The translations under genes were made by a program, and so were the position numbers. A stretch of 64,000 bases of DNA from Octopus vulgaris (Eukaryota). The stretch's first letter is position 1. The number at the start of each line of letters is the position of its first letter. The stretch lies in contig OX597837.1 in the NCBI GenBank assembly GCA_951406725.2, positions 13,578,001 to 13,642,000 on the forward strand, written 5' to 3'. Shown here one piece after another: positions 41,150 through 54,919 of the stretch. A model generated the notes under the pieces. That model was not told where the DNA came from, ran no database searches, and saw only the letters and a program-made list of their open reading frames with translations.

Positions 41150-41750
41150 CAGTAAGGTGATCGTTACCAGCGTCACCTTACTGGTACTTGTGCCCCTGCC
41201 AGTAGGGTGCCAAGAGCACCATCTGAGTGTGATCATTGCCAGAGTGGTTAACTGGCACTGTGCTGGTGGCACGTAAAAGGGCACCATTTGAGTGTGATCG
41301 TTACCAATGCCGCCTTACTGGCACCTGTGCTGGTGGCATGTGTAAAAAGATTCGAGCGAGGTCGTTGCCAGTACCTGTTTCTTTACCACCCACAAAGGGC
41401 TAAACACAGAGAGGACAAACAAGGACAGACAAACGGATTAAGTCGATTATATTGACCCCAGTTTGCAACTGGTACTTATTTAATCGACCCCAAAAGGATG
41501 AAAGGCAAAGTCGACCTCGGCGGAATTTGAACTCATTGCCAGTACTGCCTGACTGGCCCTGTGCTGGTGGCACGTAAAAAGCACCCACTACACTCTCGGA
41601 GTGGTTGGCGTTAGGAAGGGCATCCAGCTGTAGAAACTATGCCAGATCAAGATTGGAGCCTGGTGCAGCCATCAGGTTCACCAGCCCTCAGTCAAAATCG
41701 TCCAACCCATGCTAGCATGGAAAACGGACGTTAAACAATGATGATGATGA
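41150..41750 (+). mobile_element. (TGA)n-tailed SINE/retroelement family C with a family A SINE nested at about 41376-41533; others near 13918-14260, 26693-26955 (-) and 16790-17120, 17310-17490, 35900-36137, 46500-46940, 54550-54920 (+)
   Basis: aaaagcacccactacactc...ggaagggcatccagctgtagaaac...ccatgctagcatggaaa...(tga)n; TTGCCAGTAC is repeated on both sides of the nested SINE. Confidence 0.85.
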
Positions 41751-43555
41751 TTCATATATATAGTTACATATATAGATGTGTCATATTTATAGAAGAGGGA
41801 AGATGGCATTGTATGGTATTAAGCTTAATTAATTAGGGGAATTAAAATAAGTTCAGCCAAGAATCAGAACCAGAATGCAAACCTGGCTGAGCAAGAGCTT
41901 GTTTCAATTCAATAGCACTTGTTTAATAATCTGTTATAATAATAAAGACAGGATCTGTGAGTCAGTCACACACACACACGCATGCATCTATGTATGCAAG
42001 TCGTTTATTTTATTGATCTCAGTGATCAATCTACAAAGATGTAATGGCAGTGTTTGGGCATCACCTAAAACGACTGAGGATAATACTACAGCAGTGATAG
42101 TTCTCCTCCTTTTTTACATTTTACATTTTTCAGTCATTGGACTGCAGCCATACTAAGGGACCACCTTGAAGAATTTTAGTCAAACAAATCAACCTCAGTC
42201 TGGTACTATATTCTATCGGTCTCTTTTGCTGGGCCACAACATTACATGGATGTAAACAAACCAACACTGGTTGTCAAGCAGTGGGGTGGACAAACAAGCA
42301 CAAATGAGGAGCTTCCATACAGTTTCCATTCTATCAAATTCAGCCAGAGACTATGATAAGAGGACACTTACTCAAGGTGCAGCGCAATAGGATTGAACCT
42401 GAGACTACTTGGTCACAAAGCAAGCTTGATAACCAGAAATTATATTTCCATTCTTCATTGCATCCTAATCTTCCTCGTTCTTTTGTTTAATTGATTTTTA
42501 ATGAAAATTATTTTTATCAATTTGTCGGAAAGGAATAGCAGAATCCATAACCCTTTAAGGGTACCAAAACCAATGGGAAGGGCAGGGAAAGAGAGAAAGG
42601 GCAGACGGCATCCCCAAACCAGAGTCCTGGCCAAAATGTCTGCAACAAAGTGGACTCTGCTAAAGACACCTCAGGGTGTTTGGTAATGGTGTTATTCTGG
42701 ATAACAGATTATGTCTACCACCCAAATAGGCAATACTGGGATTTGAACTCAGAACACAAAAAGCCAGAACAAATACTATAAGGCGGCCCTTCATCATCAT
42801 CATCATCGTTTAATGTCCGTTTTCCGCGCTAGCACAGGTTGGACGGTTCGATCGGGGATCTTGGAAGCCAGGAGGCTGCACCAGGCTCCAGTCTGATCTG
42901 GCAGAGTTCCTACAGCTGGATGCCACCGGCACAGGGATCACAACTACTATTTCCATTGATATTTATTTCGATGTTGATGTACTTGACTCAACAGGTCTCC
43001 TCAAGCACAGTGGGATGTTCTGAAATCCAAGGTACTTTGAATGGGCAGAGGCTATGCGGAACTGGTGCAGGAAGCAGCCTGAGTCTTTGCAGTCACCTGG
43101 GCACATTTTATGATACCAATACCAAAACTACTGATTCGTTTCACTCATCACTTTGAAAGGAGTGCAAGTTCTGGGGCTGGCATCGATGCAAGAAAGGTGG
43201 TGTTTCGTACACGAGACAAGGCAGAGAGTAAAACCTTTCACAAGAAGGTTGATCAGAGTAAGCTTTTCATAAGAGGTTACCAAGAGCAGGCAGGGGCAAC
43301 CTTTTACAAGAAGCAGGCTGCATGAGACAGGACTCATCATTTGGTGGGCTGCACCACTGAGAAAAAACTGGAGGTAAATTATTCGTTACACATGCCATTC
43401 AGAACGTTCTGAATGGTTGTCCATGGTTGGATTTAGAGCTGAGACAAGTAGACCAGAGATGGAAAATAGGAGGAGGGGAGAGCTAGAGATAGCAGTAAGG
43501 CCAGAAATGGGTGAAGGGAACAAGTAAATGCAGAAAGTGCACAAGGATCCCAAAA

Positions 43556-44126
43556 CAGGAGTTCTCCACCATTTTATCTAGGGACCCCTTTCATTACTAT
43601 TTCATTCTGGTTGACCCCCAACAACCATTCAATGCTTAAAAACTAGTTTTACAGAAAGTTCTTTAAAAATTCCTATTTCTTTCTCCTCACATTAACTTGT
43701 GTTGGTTGAATTATGTAAAATGTCAGAGAAAGAAACCCGGCTGTTTCTTGCAATACATACCAATACGAGATACATCTAAAGCAAAAAATTCTCATTACGG
43801 AGATGTACTTGCATAGCAAGTGACCTGATCTGAGATCATGTGCAGGAATGAAAACAATTGCAGCGTGGAAGGTGTTTATAAGCCATTTAAGAAACACACA
43901 AAAACCGTTAGATTCACTCCAACATTTAAATTTAATTTGCCAAAATATTTTCGTTGCTTTGAGACCGCGACCTGACGGTTTTTGTGTTTCTTAAATGGCT
44001 TATAAACACCTTCCATGCTGCAAAATTTTTTCAGGGGCGCTTAAAATACTATTGTGGGTCCTCAATTCACTATTTTATTGTGTGGACAACCAAAATTCTT
44101 GTGTGGGCCCTGGTTGAGAACCACTG
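43556..44126. mobile_element. hAT-like MITE remnant with a nested fold-back element
   Basis: caggagttctcca…ttgagaaccactg termini; no clean TSD seen. Confidence 0.45.
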
Positions 44127-44293
44127 ACCTAGAGTGTGAAAATTTGCTCAGGTGACCAATGAAGGAGTTGAGAGAGAGAGAGAGAGAGACAGAATGATGA
44201 TGTGAGATGGGCCTGGGTGACAGGGTGGAAGAAAGGGAGAGGAGCTAGTGTCCAGCTGTAGATATCTAAAGAGATGAATATGAAGGAACTCAC

Positions 44294-44405
44294 CAGTTTA
44301 TTTGGAGTTGCTAACTTTGTCAAGTTTATCCAGTTGATGTTTTCAATGTTTTTCATCAAACTTTGCAAAACATTTGCAGAATGGGACAACATTTTCACAA
44401 AAATA
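44294..44405 (-). CDS. HAUS2: HAUS2 exon 5 (IFVKMLSHSANVLQSLMKNIENINWINLTKLATPNKL)
   Basis: ttttgcag acceptor, |gtgag donor; phase consistent. Confidence 0.85.
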
Positions 44406-45549
44406 CTGCAAAAGGAACAATATTCAGGATAAAGAGGGGTCAGTTGGAGAACAAACTTTGTGACACAATTTCATAAAAATACACATGGTACATAGTTGCA
44501 TAACACACACACAAGGAGACAGAGGTGCATATATATACAAACACATGCTCATGCACACACATACATAGAAAAATACACAAACACGGACATGCAAGCACAT
44601 AAATATGCAGGATACGTACATACAGATGCACACACATACATACACACATATGCATACACACACACACACACACACATACATACGTACATGCATGCATGTA
44701 TAGACACACACACACTGACCCACACACAAACAAACAAAAGGGAACGCAGTGTAAATAACGGACAGAGTCAAAACTATTGAAAAGGTTGCAAGACGCAACA
44801 AAAACTTTAGGAAAATACAAAAAAAGAAAAAACGTGGAAATTTTACTGGTGAGTGTCTTAAATAATAAGGCATTAAAAGAGAATGACTCTCCCCAGACAC
44901 AACAGAACACATATTTTACTTATATTTGTCTTGAGTCTGACTTAAAACTGCATCTGATAATGAAGACCTGGTTTGGGAGATCCACGGTTTTGAGGAATGC
45001 GGGACCACCTCTGAGACACTGTTATTCTTAGGTCACTCTGACCCAGAGCAATAGCCCCTGCCAGGATCCCAGCTATAGGTTAATTAGCAAGTCATTGAAC
45101 TGCATCCAGAAGAAGGTCAAGGTCACTCACAAGAAACTTAATGGAACCAGGGCAGATGAAACCTTTCAGCTCTTTGGTTGCTTATCTAAGGGAAGGTAAC
45201 TCCATCTAAATCCTAAATCCTCATCACACCCGCTGCACAAGTTTAAAGGATGAGACATGGGACTGGCTCAGCACAAACCAGGCCCACAATTATAATAATA
45301 AATCCCTAAAAGGGGAACATACTAAAGAAAATCCACCTCAACAAATTCCGTCCAACTCATGTGAGTATGGAAAAGTAAGCGTTAAAACAACAACAGAATA
45401 ACGACAGGAAGTAGTTTTGGCCTTTGTCATTGCATCACGACAGTAGGATGGTTTTTCCCATTCGTAATCAAATGTGAAGAAGTGGAACAGGAGACAGGAA
45501 GTCACGAGTATGGAAAAACAACGAAAGGCAACATAATACAGACTAATAC

Positions 45550-45682
45550 CTGTGATACTTCACTTCAAGTTTGATAGCATTTTCAATGAGAGGTCTTTGC
45601 AGATTGGTAAGAAGTGACTGTTTCTTCTGAAGAATGGTTTTCAAATATTCATTGAAGGAAGAGATTTCACTGAGGTTCTTCT
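45550..45682 (-). CDS. HAUS2: HAUS2 exon 4 (KNLSEISSFNEYLKTILQKKQSLLTNLQRPLIENAIKLEVKYH)
   Basis: ccatag acceptor, AG|gtatta donor; matches [32 protein letters not shown]. Confidence 0.9.
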
Positions 45683-48247
45683 CTATGGAATATAAGAACA
45701 TAAAACATAAGAATTTTAGCATCTTTGAATTAAGAGAAACAAAAACACAAAAAATAACAACACTATATTGGAATTAATGACCATTGACAACAATGAAATA
45801 TTTAAAGCTATTCAGATGAAGGATCCAGGCATAGCTATGGGGGTTAAGAAACTCACATCATAGTCAAATATTTCTAAATTCGAACCCATGGAACCCTGTC
45901 CAAATGTCTTCTATCAGTGTCCCCTTAACCCTTCAACATTCAGACTACTATGGCAAATGTGATACTTATTTATTCACATTGTTTTTAATCGATCCTGCAT
46001 TATTTTGTAGCATCAGAATTTAATTGATAATTCTTTAATTTTCGAATGACATTGTAGGGTAGGTCTGAGAGGCTAGATCTGGCCTGTTTGAACATAGAAA
46101 AAGTAGACTATTTAGTTTAAATGCTAAGGGGTTAAGTTCTTGTGACCAACACTCTCTCTCTAATTTTTCTCAGTTGCTGAGCAGAACATTCGATGCTTTG
46201 AGCAAAAAATATTTCAGATTGAAAGCCAGTGTATGGCTTCCAAACTTTCACGGTTTATCAAATTTAAAAGAGCAACGGCATTCTGAGATGCACGGTACCA
46301 ATACAATGAATGTGCATATGTGCATCCTACCAGGAGTGTTGCTTGTAACTAGAATTGGATAAACAGAAGCTGCAGAAGCTTGTTGAATGAGCAGCTGTGA
46401 GCCTTTCCACAGCAGCAGATCTTAAGAGTCCATTCTGCTTCAAGCATTCAAATGAGGTCTCTGTCATGATATATCTCAAGGTTTTTTTTTGGACACTAAA
46501 CTCTGCTTGTGAAGACCTGTTGAGGCAAGTGAAATCAAAAAATCAAATTCAATGACTGGCATCTGTGCTAGCGGGGTGCAAAGAGCACCATACAAATGTG
46601 ATCGTTGACAGAGCGGCTAACCGGCTTCCGTGCCAGTGGCACATAAAAGGCACCATTCAAGTGTGATTGTTAGCAGCCTCACCTTACTGGCACCTGTGCC
46701 GGTGGCATGTGTAAAAGATCTGAGCGGGGTCGTTGCCAGTACCGCCTGACTGGCTCCCGTGCTGGTGGCATGTAGAAATCACCCACTACACTCTGGATGG
46801 CATTAGGAAAGGCATCCAGTTGTAGAAATTCTGCCAGATCAAGATTGTAGCATGGTGCAGCCATCTGGTTCGCCAGCCCTCAGTCAAAATTGTCCAACCC
46901 ATGCTAGCATGGAAAGCAGACGTTAAACGATGATGATGATATAGTTCTATGTAATTCAGCAACCTATAAATTGTGGTTTCTTCCTAGGGAGACTTGGAGG
47001 CCCTAACCCTTCTTACTAAGCCATAAAAAATAAACACATAACCTCCACCTCATACCAAAGCGATCACGCAGACAAACAAGACTTCAATACCAGCTGGTTA
47101 CCACTTCCTGTTATTTACAAAAATTCCCACTGACCTCAATTCCAAAAATGAAACTTAAGTAGATGCATGTGTGGCTGTGTGGTTGAAGAGTTTTCTTCCC
47201 AACCACAAGGATCCAGGTTCAGCCCCACTGCATGGCACTTTGAGCAAGTGTCTTCTGCAATAACCTTAGGTTAAGCAAAGCCTTGTGGATTTGGTAGACA
47301 GAAACTGAAACAGTGTGTGTGCATGCATGCCTGTTTGTCTTCTTGTCTTGGTATTGTAGGGTCCACATTGCAAATGAAAGCATTGATACAAGGATCAACT
47401 TTAAGACCATTCCAAATCAACTCAGAATCAATAAATTTTGATATGACTTAGACTGTTGGTGCGTACAGATGGCACCGAAATATCCTTGGCAGTTGTGGTT
47501 CCTTGTGATTCTGTTCTTTAAGACTTAAACCGGTCTGAGACTGGCCCTGGTTTTATGTTACAAACTTTCCGATTTGAAGTGACCCAAATGGGAACTTACC
47601 AGCAAAATTACAAACTAATTTCAAACATCGGGTTGAAGTCCTTTTACCAAATTCTTCATTATTTTGCAAAGGAATCGAAACAAAATTGGTGATTTCAAGA
47701 GAAATATGGTAACAAAAGAGTTTGTGTTGCCCAAGAAGTGCTTTATTAACACCAACTATTGAATAATTACTTGCTAACTACCAAACTGTGTATTCTTTGT
47801 CTCACATGGCTACTATAATGGCTGCCTAAACCATGCTGATGAAGGACCAAAAACTCCCGAAATATGGCATTATTGCCCATTGCCCATTTTTTCAACTTCA
47901 GTCTCATTTGTTTATATCTGACGCCTTGGATATGAAACATGGTAACAAAATCAGAGCAGGTTATAATTTCTGTAGAAAATCTAAAGAGATGACTGTAACA
48001 CATGATTTAATAGCACTGCTAACACAGAAGTAGTACATGGTATTGACTTATGAAAGCATTTCAATAGACTTTGTAGCATATTATGGTTGCATAATGAAAT
48101 ATACTACAAGTCATTAATGCTAACGTTTTTGACAAAGATAATGTTGACATCGAGAAGAAGAAACATCAGTAAACTGCAACGTCAACAAAACCGTCAAAAT
48201 TACAAAACATGAACTGAAATAGAAAAACAGAAGAGAAAAAAACCAAC

Positions 48248-48317
48248 CTATTTTAGTGCAGGAGATAATATCTTCCGCCTCATGTTGAAGCATTCTTTCC
48301 TGTTTCTTAAGCTGAAC
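48248..48317 (-). CDS. HAUS2: HAUS2 exon 3 (VQLKKQERMLQHEAEDIISCTKI)
   Basis: ttgcag acceptor, G|gttggt donor; aligns to KNLEIELLKLEKDTADVV. Confidence 0.85.
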
Positions 48318-48464
48318 CTGCAAATGAGAAATTGATATATTTCTGGACTGGATAATGTGATGAAAATGGAAACAGGTTTAATAATATTTATCATCATTAT
48401 TATGGAATAACATAAGAGCAGTATTATAGATATCATGGAGAACACATTCGACTATGATGGACAC

Positions 48465-48467
<3 letters not shown>

Positions 48468-48496
<29 letters not shown>

Positions 48497-48790
48497 TAAA
48501 CATTGTGTACAGTGCTCAGGTGCACTACAACTCATCTAAAGTGTATGTATAATCAGGTGTAGTTTCAGCGGATTTCGGAAAGCATGAGGGCCTTAAAGGA
48601 TGCAGTGTCATGGCAGTCAACAACTGACGCAGGCAGTTTGTTCCATGCTTCAGCAACTCTGAGCGTGAAAAAATGTTTCCGAAAGTCATGGGAGCTGTGT
48701 CGTTTTCTGACTTTGTAGGCATGTCCACGTGTGTTGGACACATGAAAATCAAAAAGGTGTTCAGTGTTGTTGTTGGTGAGGTGGTTGATA
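48468..48790 (-). mobile_element. CR1-type LINE 3' end
   Basis: NTRGHAYKVRK…RKHFFTLRVAEAWNKLPASVV…FK motif and a (TTA)n tail. Confidence 0.85.
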
Positions 48791-49199
48791 AAATAAAATA
48801 TATGGTAATTGCTATCACGAAATTCGAACTACTGCCCATTTGGACGGTAAGCCAACACCTTCCTAACTGAGCTCTGCTTGTTTCCACCATTATAAGGGAA
48901 AGGTGCTTGTGCTTTGTGGGACATTGCTAGTGAGCTAAACAAGAGCCAGCAAGTGACCTACTGCTATGGATGCCAAAGCATGGCCATACTGGAGCTGGTC
49001 ATCTGAATACAGCATATGTAGATCAACTGACCAGAGACCTGGTTGCCTCCCCAAAGACCTCCCACAACAAAGGCACGACAGAAATGGATGGCGTCTGCAA
49101 GTTACAAATGTCTGAGAGTAAGCTCGGCCGGATGATTGAAATAACCATGTAATTTGATTTCTCAGTTAAAGGGGCCCCGAAAACAAACTTATGAACAAA

Positions 49200-49590
49200 G
49201 CGGCTGTGTGGTAAGTAGCTTGTTTACCAACCACATGGTTCCGGGTTCAGTCCCACTGTGTGGCACCTTGGGCAAGTGTCTTCTACTATAGCCTCGGGCC
49301 GACCAAAGCCTTGTGAGTGGATTTGGTAGACGGAAACTGAAAGAAGCCCGTCGTATATATGTATATATATATATGTGTGTGTGTATGTGTCTGTGTTTGT
49401 CCCCCTAGCATTGCTTGACAATCGATGCTGGTGTGTTTATGTCCCCGTTACCTAGCGGTTCGGCAAAAGAGACCGATAGAATAAGTACTGGGCTTACAAA
49501 AGAATAAGTCCCGGGGTCGATTTGCTCGATTAAAGGCGGTGCTCCAGCATGGCCGCAGTCAAATGACTGAAACAAGTACAAGAGTAAAAG
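49200..49590 (+). mobile_element. tRNA-derived SINE family B (CORE-like); others near 5243-5620, 13205-13592, 24160-24580, 53283-53675 (-) and 15800-16125, 26478-26650 (+)
   Basis: tRNA-like head ggctgtgtggtaag...ggttcagtccc, gtggcaccttgggcaagt core, internal (TA/TG)n and conserved 3' part. Confidence 0.85.
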
Positions 49591-49615
49591 TAAATAATAA
49601 TTGGAAGTAACTTAC

Positions 49616-49732
49616 GTCATTGATTGATTTCTGCGTCGATCGCACCTGTTGCAGAACATCGATTAAGGCCAGGGATTGGTATTTCCGGGCGAATGGTGCC
49701 CTTTGCCCTTCTTTCAGCTCTTCATGACTTAG
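49616..49732 (-). CDS. HAUS2: HAUS2 exon 2 (LSHEELKEGQRAPFARKYQSLALIDVLQQVRSTQKSIND)
   Basis: ttgtag acceptor, |gtaag donor; aligns to HAUS2 RLQQITNIQAEIYQ. Confidence 0.85.
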
Positions 49733-50064
49733 CTACAATATCAAGAGAGACAAACTGTTACAACAATCCCAAAAGGGGTCGATGTCGAACTGAAAGTAGG
49801 TCAAGTAGTCCTAGTAACATTCTAGGTTATTGGGTTTTAGTTTTAAAATCAGGGCAACAACGTCGTCATTGATAAACGGCAAACAAATATAATACAAAAT
49901 ACGTGGCAATCTTCGAGTTAAAACGAAAGATTACCTTTGCTATGTAGAAAATAATGAGGTTGACTCAATGGAATAATGACAGTGATCGAAGATATAGACA
50001 AAATTTTTTTTGGTAATCTTTCGTTTTAACTCGAAATAATGTAAACACTGAATCGGCCATACAT

Positions 50065-50095
<31 letters not shown>

Positions 50096-50753
50096 TACAC
50101 ACACACACATACATACATACATATACACATACACCGAGTAAAAAATTTCAGTTATCTCTTTCTTTCACACATTACTCTGTCTCTTCACACACACTAACAG
50201 AAGCACTTCACTTACACAACATACTGTCTGTCTCCCACACCCCATCAAACACACACACACACATGTACATCAATGCTTCCCATGCACGGTAACTTCAAAA
50301 GAACTTCCCTCCTCATACAATCGCTTTCTCTTAGTCTCTTTCACTCTCATTACTTCAAAAGTTCCCGCAAGCCCATATGTAAAAAAATAAAAGTTTTTTA
50401 CGGAAATCGACGGAAAGGTCTACTACAAACGAAAGATTGCCAAATACGTATTTGATTATTAATAATAATAATAATAGAAAAAAGAAACTAAAAATCAGAA
50501 CTTATCGATCCTTTGGCGACTTAGACACGCCTCTAATGTTTTGTCGATTTATCTTAACACAGAAATAATTACAAAATATGTCGCCGCAAAAGATATGTAT
50601 CTATCTTATCTGGATTGGTATTTATATAATATGGCAAAGTAATTACTTGCATCAATTACGTATCATTTTAAAGATAATATCGAGTGAAAAATGATTCTAT
50701 GACTGTTATATATTTCTTAACAGATGTGTATTTCTATAGAGTAGGATAAGTGG

Positions 50754-50787
<34 letters not shown>

Positions 50788-51704
50788 GAAAGAAAAAGGT
50801 GTTCAAAAATGCTGGATGGTTGTAAAAATATATATTTATTTACATATCACATATCATTTCTTCATATTGATACCTTTTTTCTTTCATATGTATTAAATCT
50901 GTACATCACCCCCAATACTTCTAACATATATATATATATATATATTACATGCCGAGGAAACAATATTAATAGAGAAGGTAGAAAACCTGGAGTGAAATTA
51001 TATTACAGAGGAAACTCAGACGCTTTGACAATTTTCTAACGTTTTTCTCTTTGAACTAAGCGAAGAATATTTACGGAAGTTATGGCAATCAAAGGTTAAC
51101 CAAGGAAATATTAAGATTTTTCGGTTTATGATATAAGTCCTTCGACTGAAGCGATGTCATCGGTGACATAAACAGGGAGCACTTATGATGTTACGAGCAA
51201 CAATAACTGATTGCATTTAGTTACATACATTGGTAACTGCACTGTTCGTGACATTTAATATTACGAAATTTACGAAGAAATAAATTTTGTCAGTACACTG
51301 CATTTGTGAAAATTCATATATTTCTTTACTGCCCACAAGGGGCTAAACACAGAGAGGACAAACAAGGACAGACAAAGGGATTAAGTCGATTACATCGACA
51401 CCAGTGCGTAACTGGTACTTATTTAATCGACCCCGAAAGGATGAAAGGCAAAGTCGACCTCGGCGGAATTTGAACTCAGAACGTAACGACAGACGAAATA
51501 CGGCTACGCATTTCGCCCGGCATGCTAACGGTTCTGCCAGCTCCTCGGCGCCTTAATTTGTGAAAATTCATAACCAACAACAGAGAGAGAATTCCTCCAT
51601 CTGTTGTTTGTGAAGAGATTCCGCTTCGTATAAATCGAAAAGTGATTGCTTAATATTATATTATTTTGAAAAATTAAAAAAGGACATCGTTGCCAGTGTT
51701 TTAC

Positions 51705-51809
51705 CTTCTCGCTGAGTCCATATTTCTTTGACATACAATGCACCTCAGAGAGGCATCTGTAGACGTCATCGGAATAATAATGATCCTCTTCCACTTGCAT
51801 CTTGACCAT
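51705..51809 (-). CDS. HAUS2: HAUS2 coding exon 1 (MVKMQVEEDHYYSDDVYRCLSEVHCMSKKYGLSEK)
   Basis: aaaATGG start and AAG|gtaaaa phase-0 donor joining exon 2; the N-terminus is weakly conserved, so the call rests on position and phase. Confidence 0.7.
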
Positions 51810-51884
51810 TTTTGAATTTGAAATTAAGCGCTAAATGACTTTCTCGCCTCTCGACTCAGGAGAGCTTTATACTCTCGAATCAGA

Positions 51885-52160
51885 TCACACACACATATCC
51901 ACTCTCTCACACACACACACACACATCCACTCTCTCTCACACACACACACACACACACATATCCACTCTCACACACAGACACACATCCACTCTCACACAC
52001 ACACGTATACATAACTCCACACACACACACACACATCCGCTCTCTCTCACACACACACACACACATCCACTCTCACACACACACGTATACATAACTCCAC
52101 ACACACACACACACACACATATCCACTCCTCACAGCACACAGATGCTCGCGCGCACACGC
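51885..52160. repeat. (CA)n/(CT)n modular microsatellite upstream of the HAUS2 start
   Basis: repeated acatccactctc(ac)n units. Confidence 0.9.
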
Positions 52161-53879
52161 ATAGACATAGTCGCGCGTGCGCGTGAACATAGATCCGATT
52201 TTTGCCTTTTCTTTTAAATATGAAACTAGAAACTTCCTTTTATTTATTTTCCGCAGTGTTGAAATTCTTGCGAGGTTGATGTTTTTCTAACCGTGATATA
52301 CTTAAAATTCGAATGTCCGCCGAAAGAAATTTCGCATTAATCTCTTCAAGTTCTTAGAGACAACTTTTCTTTAATTAACTCTTCTCCTATCTATCTTGTC
52401 AACCAAGTTTTTCTATTTCAGTTTCCTAATAAAAAAAGGGTTTATCCCGATTATCAGCATCCCTAATTAAACAATAAGGGACCTTTTCGCTTTGACCGGC
52501 AGATTTTTAGAATAATTTCTTTGTAACTAAACACTTTTAAACTTCGTATACTGGTAGAATGTGTTTATAAAACATCTTTTTCTCTTGGCTTTCTTGAGAA
52601 AATGCTGTTCTATTTGTTCTTTAATTTCTTGCATTTCGGCAATTTCAGCCAATCAATGACGTCTATTGAGGTGAATTCAATTTCTGCCGTAGTGTGTCTC
52701 TTAGATGAAAGGCTCCTTGTCGGTCTGAACTGTGTGAGGCATCGCAGAATTGATGGTTACTGACTCTAGTCTATCCTTAGACTTCAGTTTCATCCTTCAT
52801 TCTCTTCCATCAATAACTGACTCACCGTCTCCTCTAATAACAGTCACCCTGATGTAAATATTACCCTACCAGGCTTCATTCTTTAATCCTCTCCATCTAA
52901 TGTCATTCTCATATAACCAAGGCACTTTCTGCCAAATCTGAATGACTTCCATGAATGTAGAGTCATGCCATTCTTGTCTCCTTCAACAACACAAAGATGC
53001 AATCACTAGACATACTTAAAAAGCAATAGTTTGGCGTCTCAGGAGGATGATCAATGTAAAATGCGGCTGGAGATGGCAGTATTAAGAATGGATAATTGCA
53101 TATCAAGTGAAATTGTTCTGGGCAGTAAGAGAGATAAGTGGTATGAGAGAAAAGCTGGAAGTATGCAGTTCTACTTTCACTAAGCTCCAGCAGCAGAATA
53201 CTGCAGTTAGAAAGATGATGGGTGGTGATGCCTAGAGGTGGAAATTGGCTGAGGTGGCCCAGTTCTACATATATACTCTCTCTTTTACTCTTTTACTTGT
53301 TTCAGTCATTTGACTGCGGCCGTGCTGGAGCACTGCCTTTAATCGAGCAACTCGACCCCCGGGACTTATTCTTTTGTAAGCCCAGTACTTATTCTATCGG
53401 TCTCTTTTGCCGAACTGCTAAGTGACAGGGACGTAAACACACCAACATCGGTTGTCAAGCGATGTTGGGGGGACAAACACAAACACACACACATACATAT
53501 ATATACATATATACGACAGGCTTCTTTCAGTTTCTGTCTACCAAATCCACTCACAAGGCATTGGTCGGTCTGAGGCTATAATAGAAGACACTTGCCCAAG
53601 GTGCCATGCAGTGGGACTGAACCCGGAACCATGTGGTTGGTGAACAAGCTACTTACCACACAGCCACTCCTGCGCCCTCATAAAAAGCTCTCAGCCACTC
53701 TGCAGAGTGGTCAGTGTTAGGAAGGGCATCCTGGTGTAAAAACCCTGCCAAAACAGACACAGTAGCCTGACTGGCTCCTGTTAAACTGTCCAACCCATGC
53801 CTGCATGGAAGCTGGATGTTAAACAATGACGATGATGATGATACACATTGTGCTTCCAGAATCTCAGATTCACTGAGAT

Positions 53880-54480
53880 GGGGAAGTTTTTTCTAGAACT
53901 GCATATTGTTATTCATTTCTTCCATGAGGGTCAAGGTTCTGAGATTAGTCTTTACCATTTTATCCCATGTCTTCCTGTGGTGGCTTGTAAGACTATGATG
54001 AATAGGAGAGGATGGAGATCTTAACCTTGACAGACGCCTACCTTCACATTAAATTTGTGACTGAAATTATTGCTAACACTATCCATTGCATTGTACCTAG
54101 CTTGACCAGCACTCACAAGCTATTCGTCTGCTCCAAGTTTCCTTAGTGACCACTAAGTCCACTGAACATGACAGCTTGTCAAACACCTTCTCCAAGTCAA
54201 CGAATGCAATAGAGGCTTATGCTTAGCCATGTATTTCTTCTGCAGTTGCCTCACTGTGACTGCATCCGTGATACCTCTTACAGGTGAAAAGCCAAACTAC
54301 AGCTTACCTAGATCTATACTGCCATGGATCAGTTGTGCTATTATTTTCTCTGTGATCTTGAGTGCATCAGGGATGGTGATGGAGATGCTCAAAATATCTG
54401 GTAGGCAGGATGCAAGACTATCATTTAGATTATTAGTACAGGAAGTTGTCCTACCCAATGACTAGGACAGCAGTTGTCAT
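53880..54480 (-). mobile_element. decayed RTE-like LINE RT fragment
   Basis: AFVDLEKVFD (DxxKAFD) RT motif; multiple stops. Confidence 0.65.
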
Positions 54481-54919
54481 TGTAAGCTGCCACAAAGGCA
54501 AAGGAAATGCCTCAGAGAAAGGCAACTATATATATATATGATATATAAAAGGCATGTAAAAAGCACCAACCAAACGTGGCTGATGCCAGTACCCTCTGAC
54601 TGGCTCTTGTGCCAGTGGCACATAAAAAGCACAATCCAAATGTGGCTGATGCCAGTACCCAGTGGCATGTAAACAGCACTATCCAAACGTGATCAATGCC
54701 AGGCCCGCCTGACTGGTTCCTGTGCTGGTAGCATGTAAAAAGCACCCACTATACTCTCGGAGTGGTAGGCGTTAGGAAAGGCATCTAGCTGTAGAAACAT
54801 TGCCAGATCAGACTGGAGCCTGGTGCAGCTGCTGGTTCTCCAGACACCTCAGTCAAACCGTCCAACCCATGCCAGCATGGAAAATGGACGTTAAACTATT
54901 ATGATGATGATGATGATGA

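Noticed and set aside
44765-44812. Further hammerhead candidate (gttgc-aagac-gcaac stem); also ctgaaga motifs near 29165 and 29420
   Set aside because: The catalytic core nucleotides or helix II pairing are not intact
49935-50060. Alternative HAUS2 first exon starting at ATG 50060
   Set aside because: The ATG comes from a microsatellite edge and the frame has an internal TGA; 51705-51809 fits better
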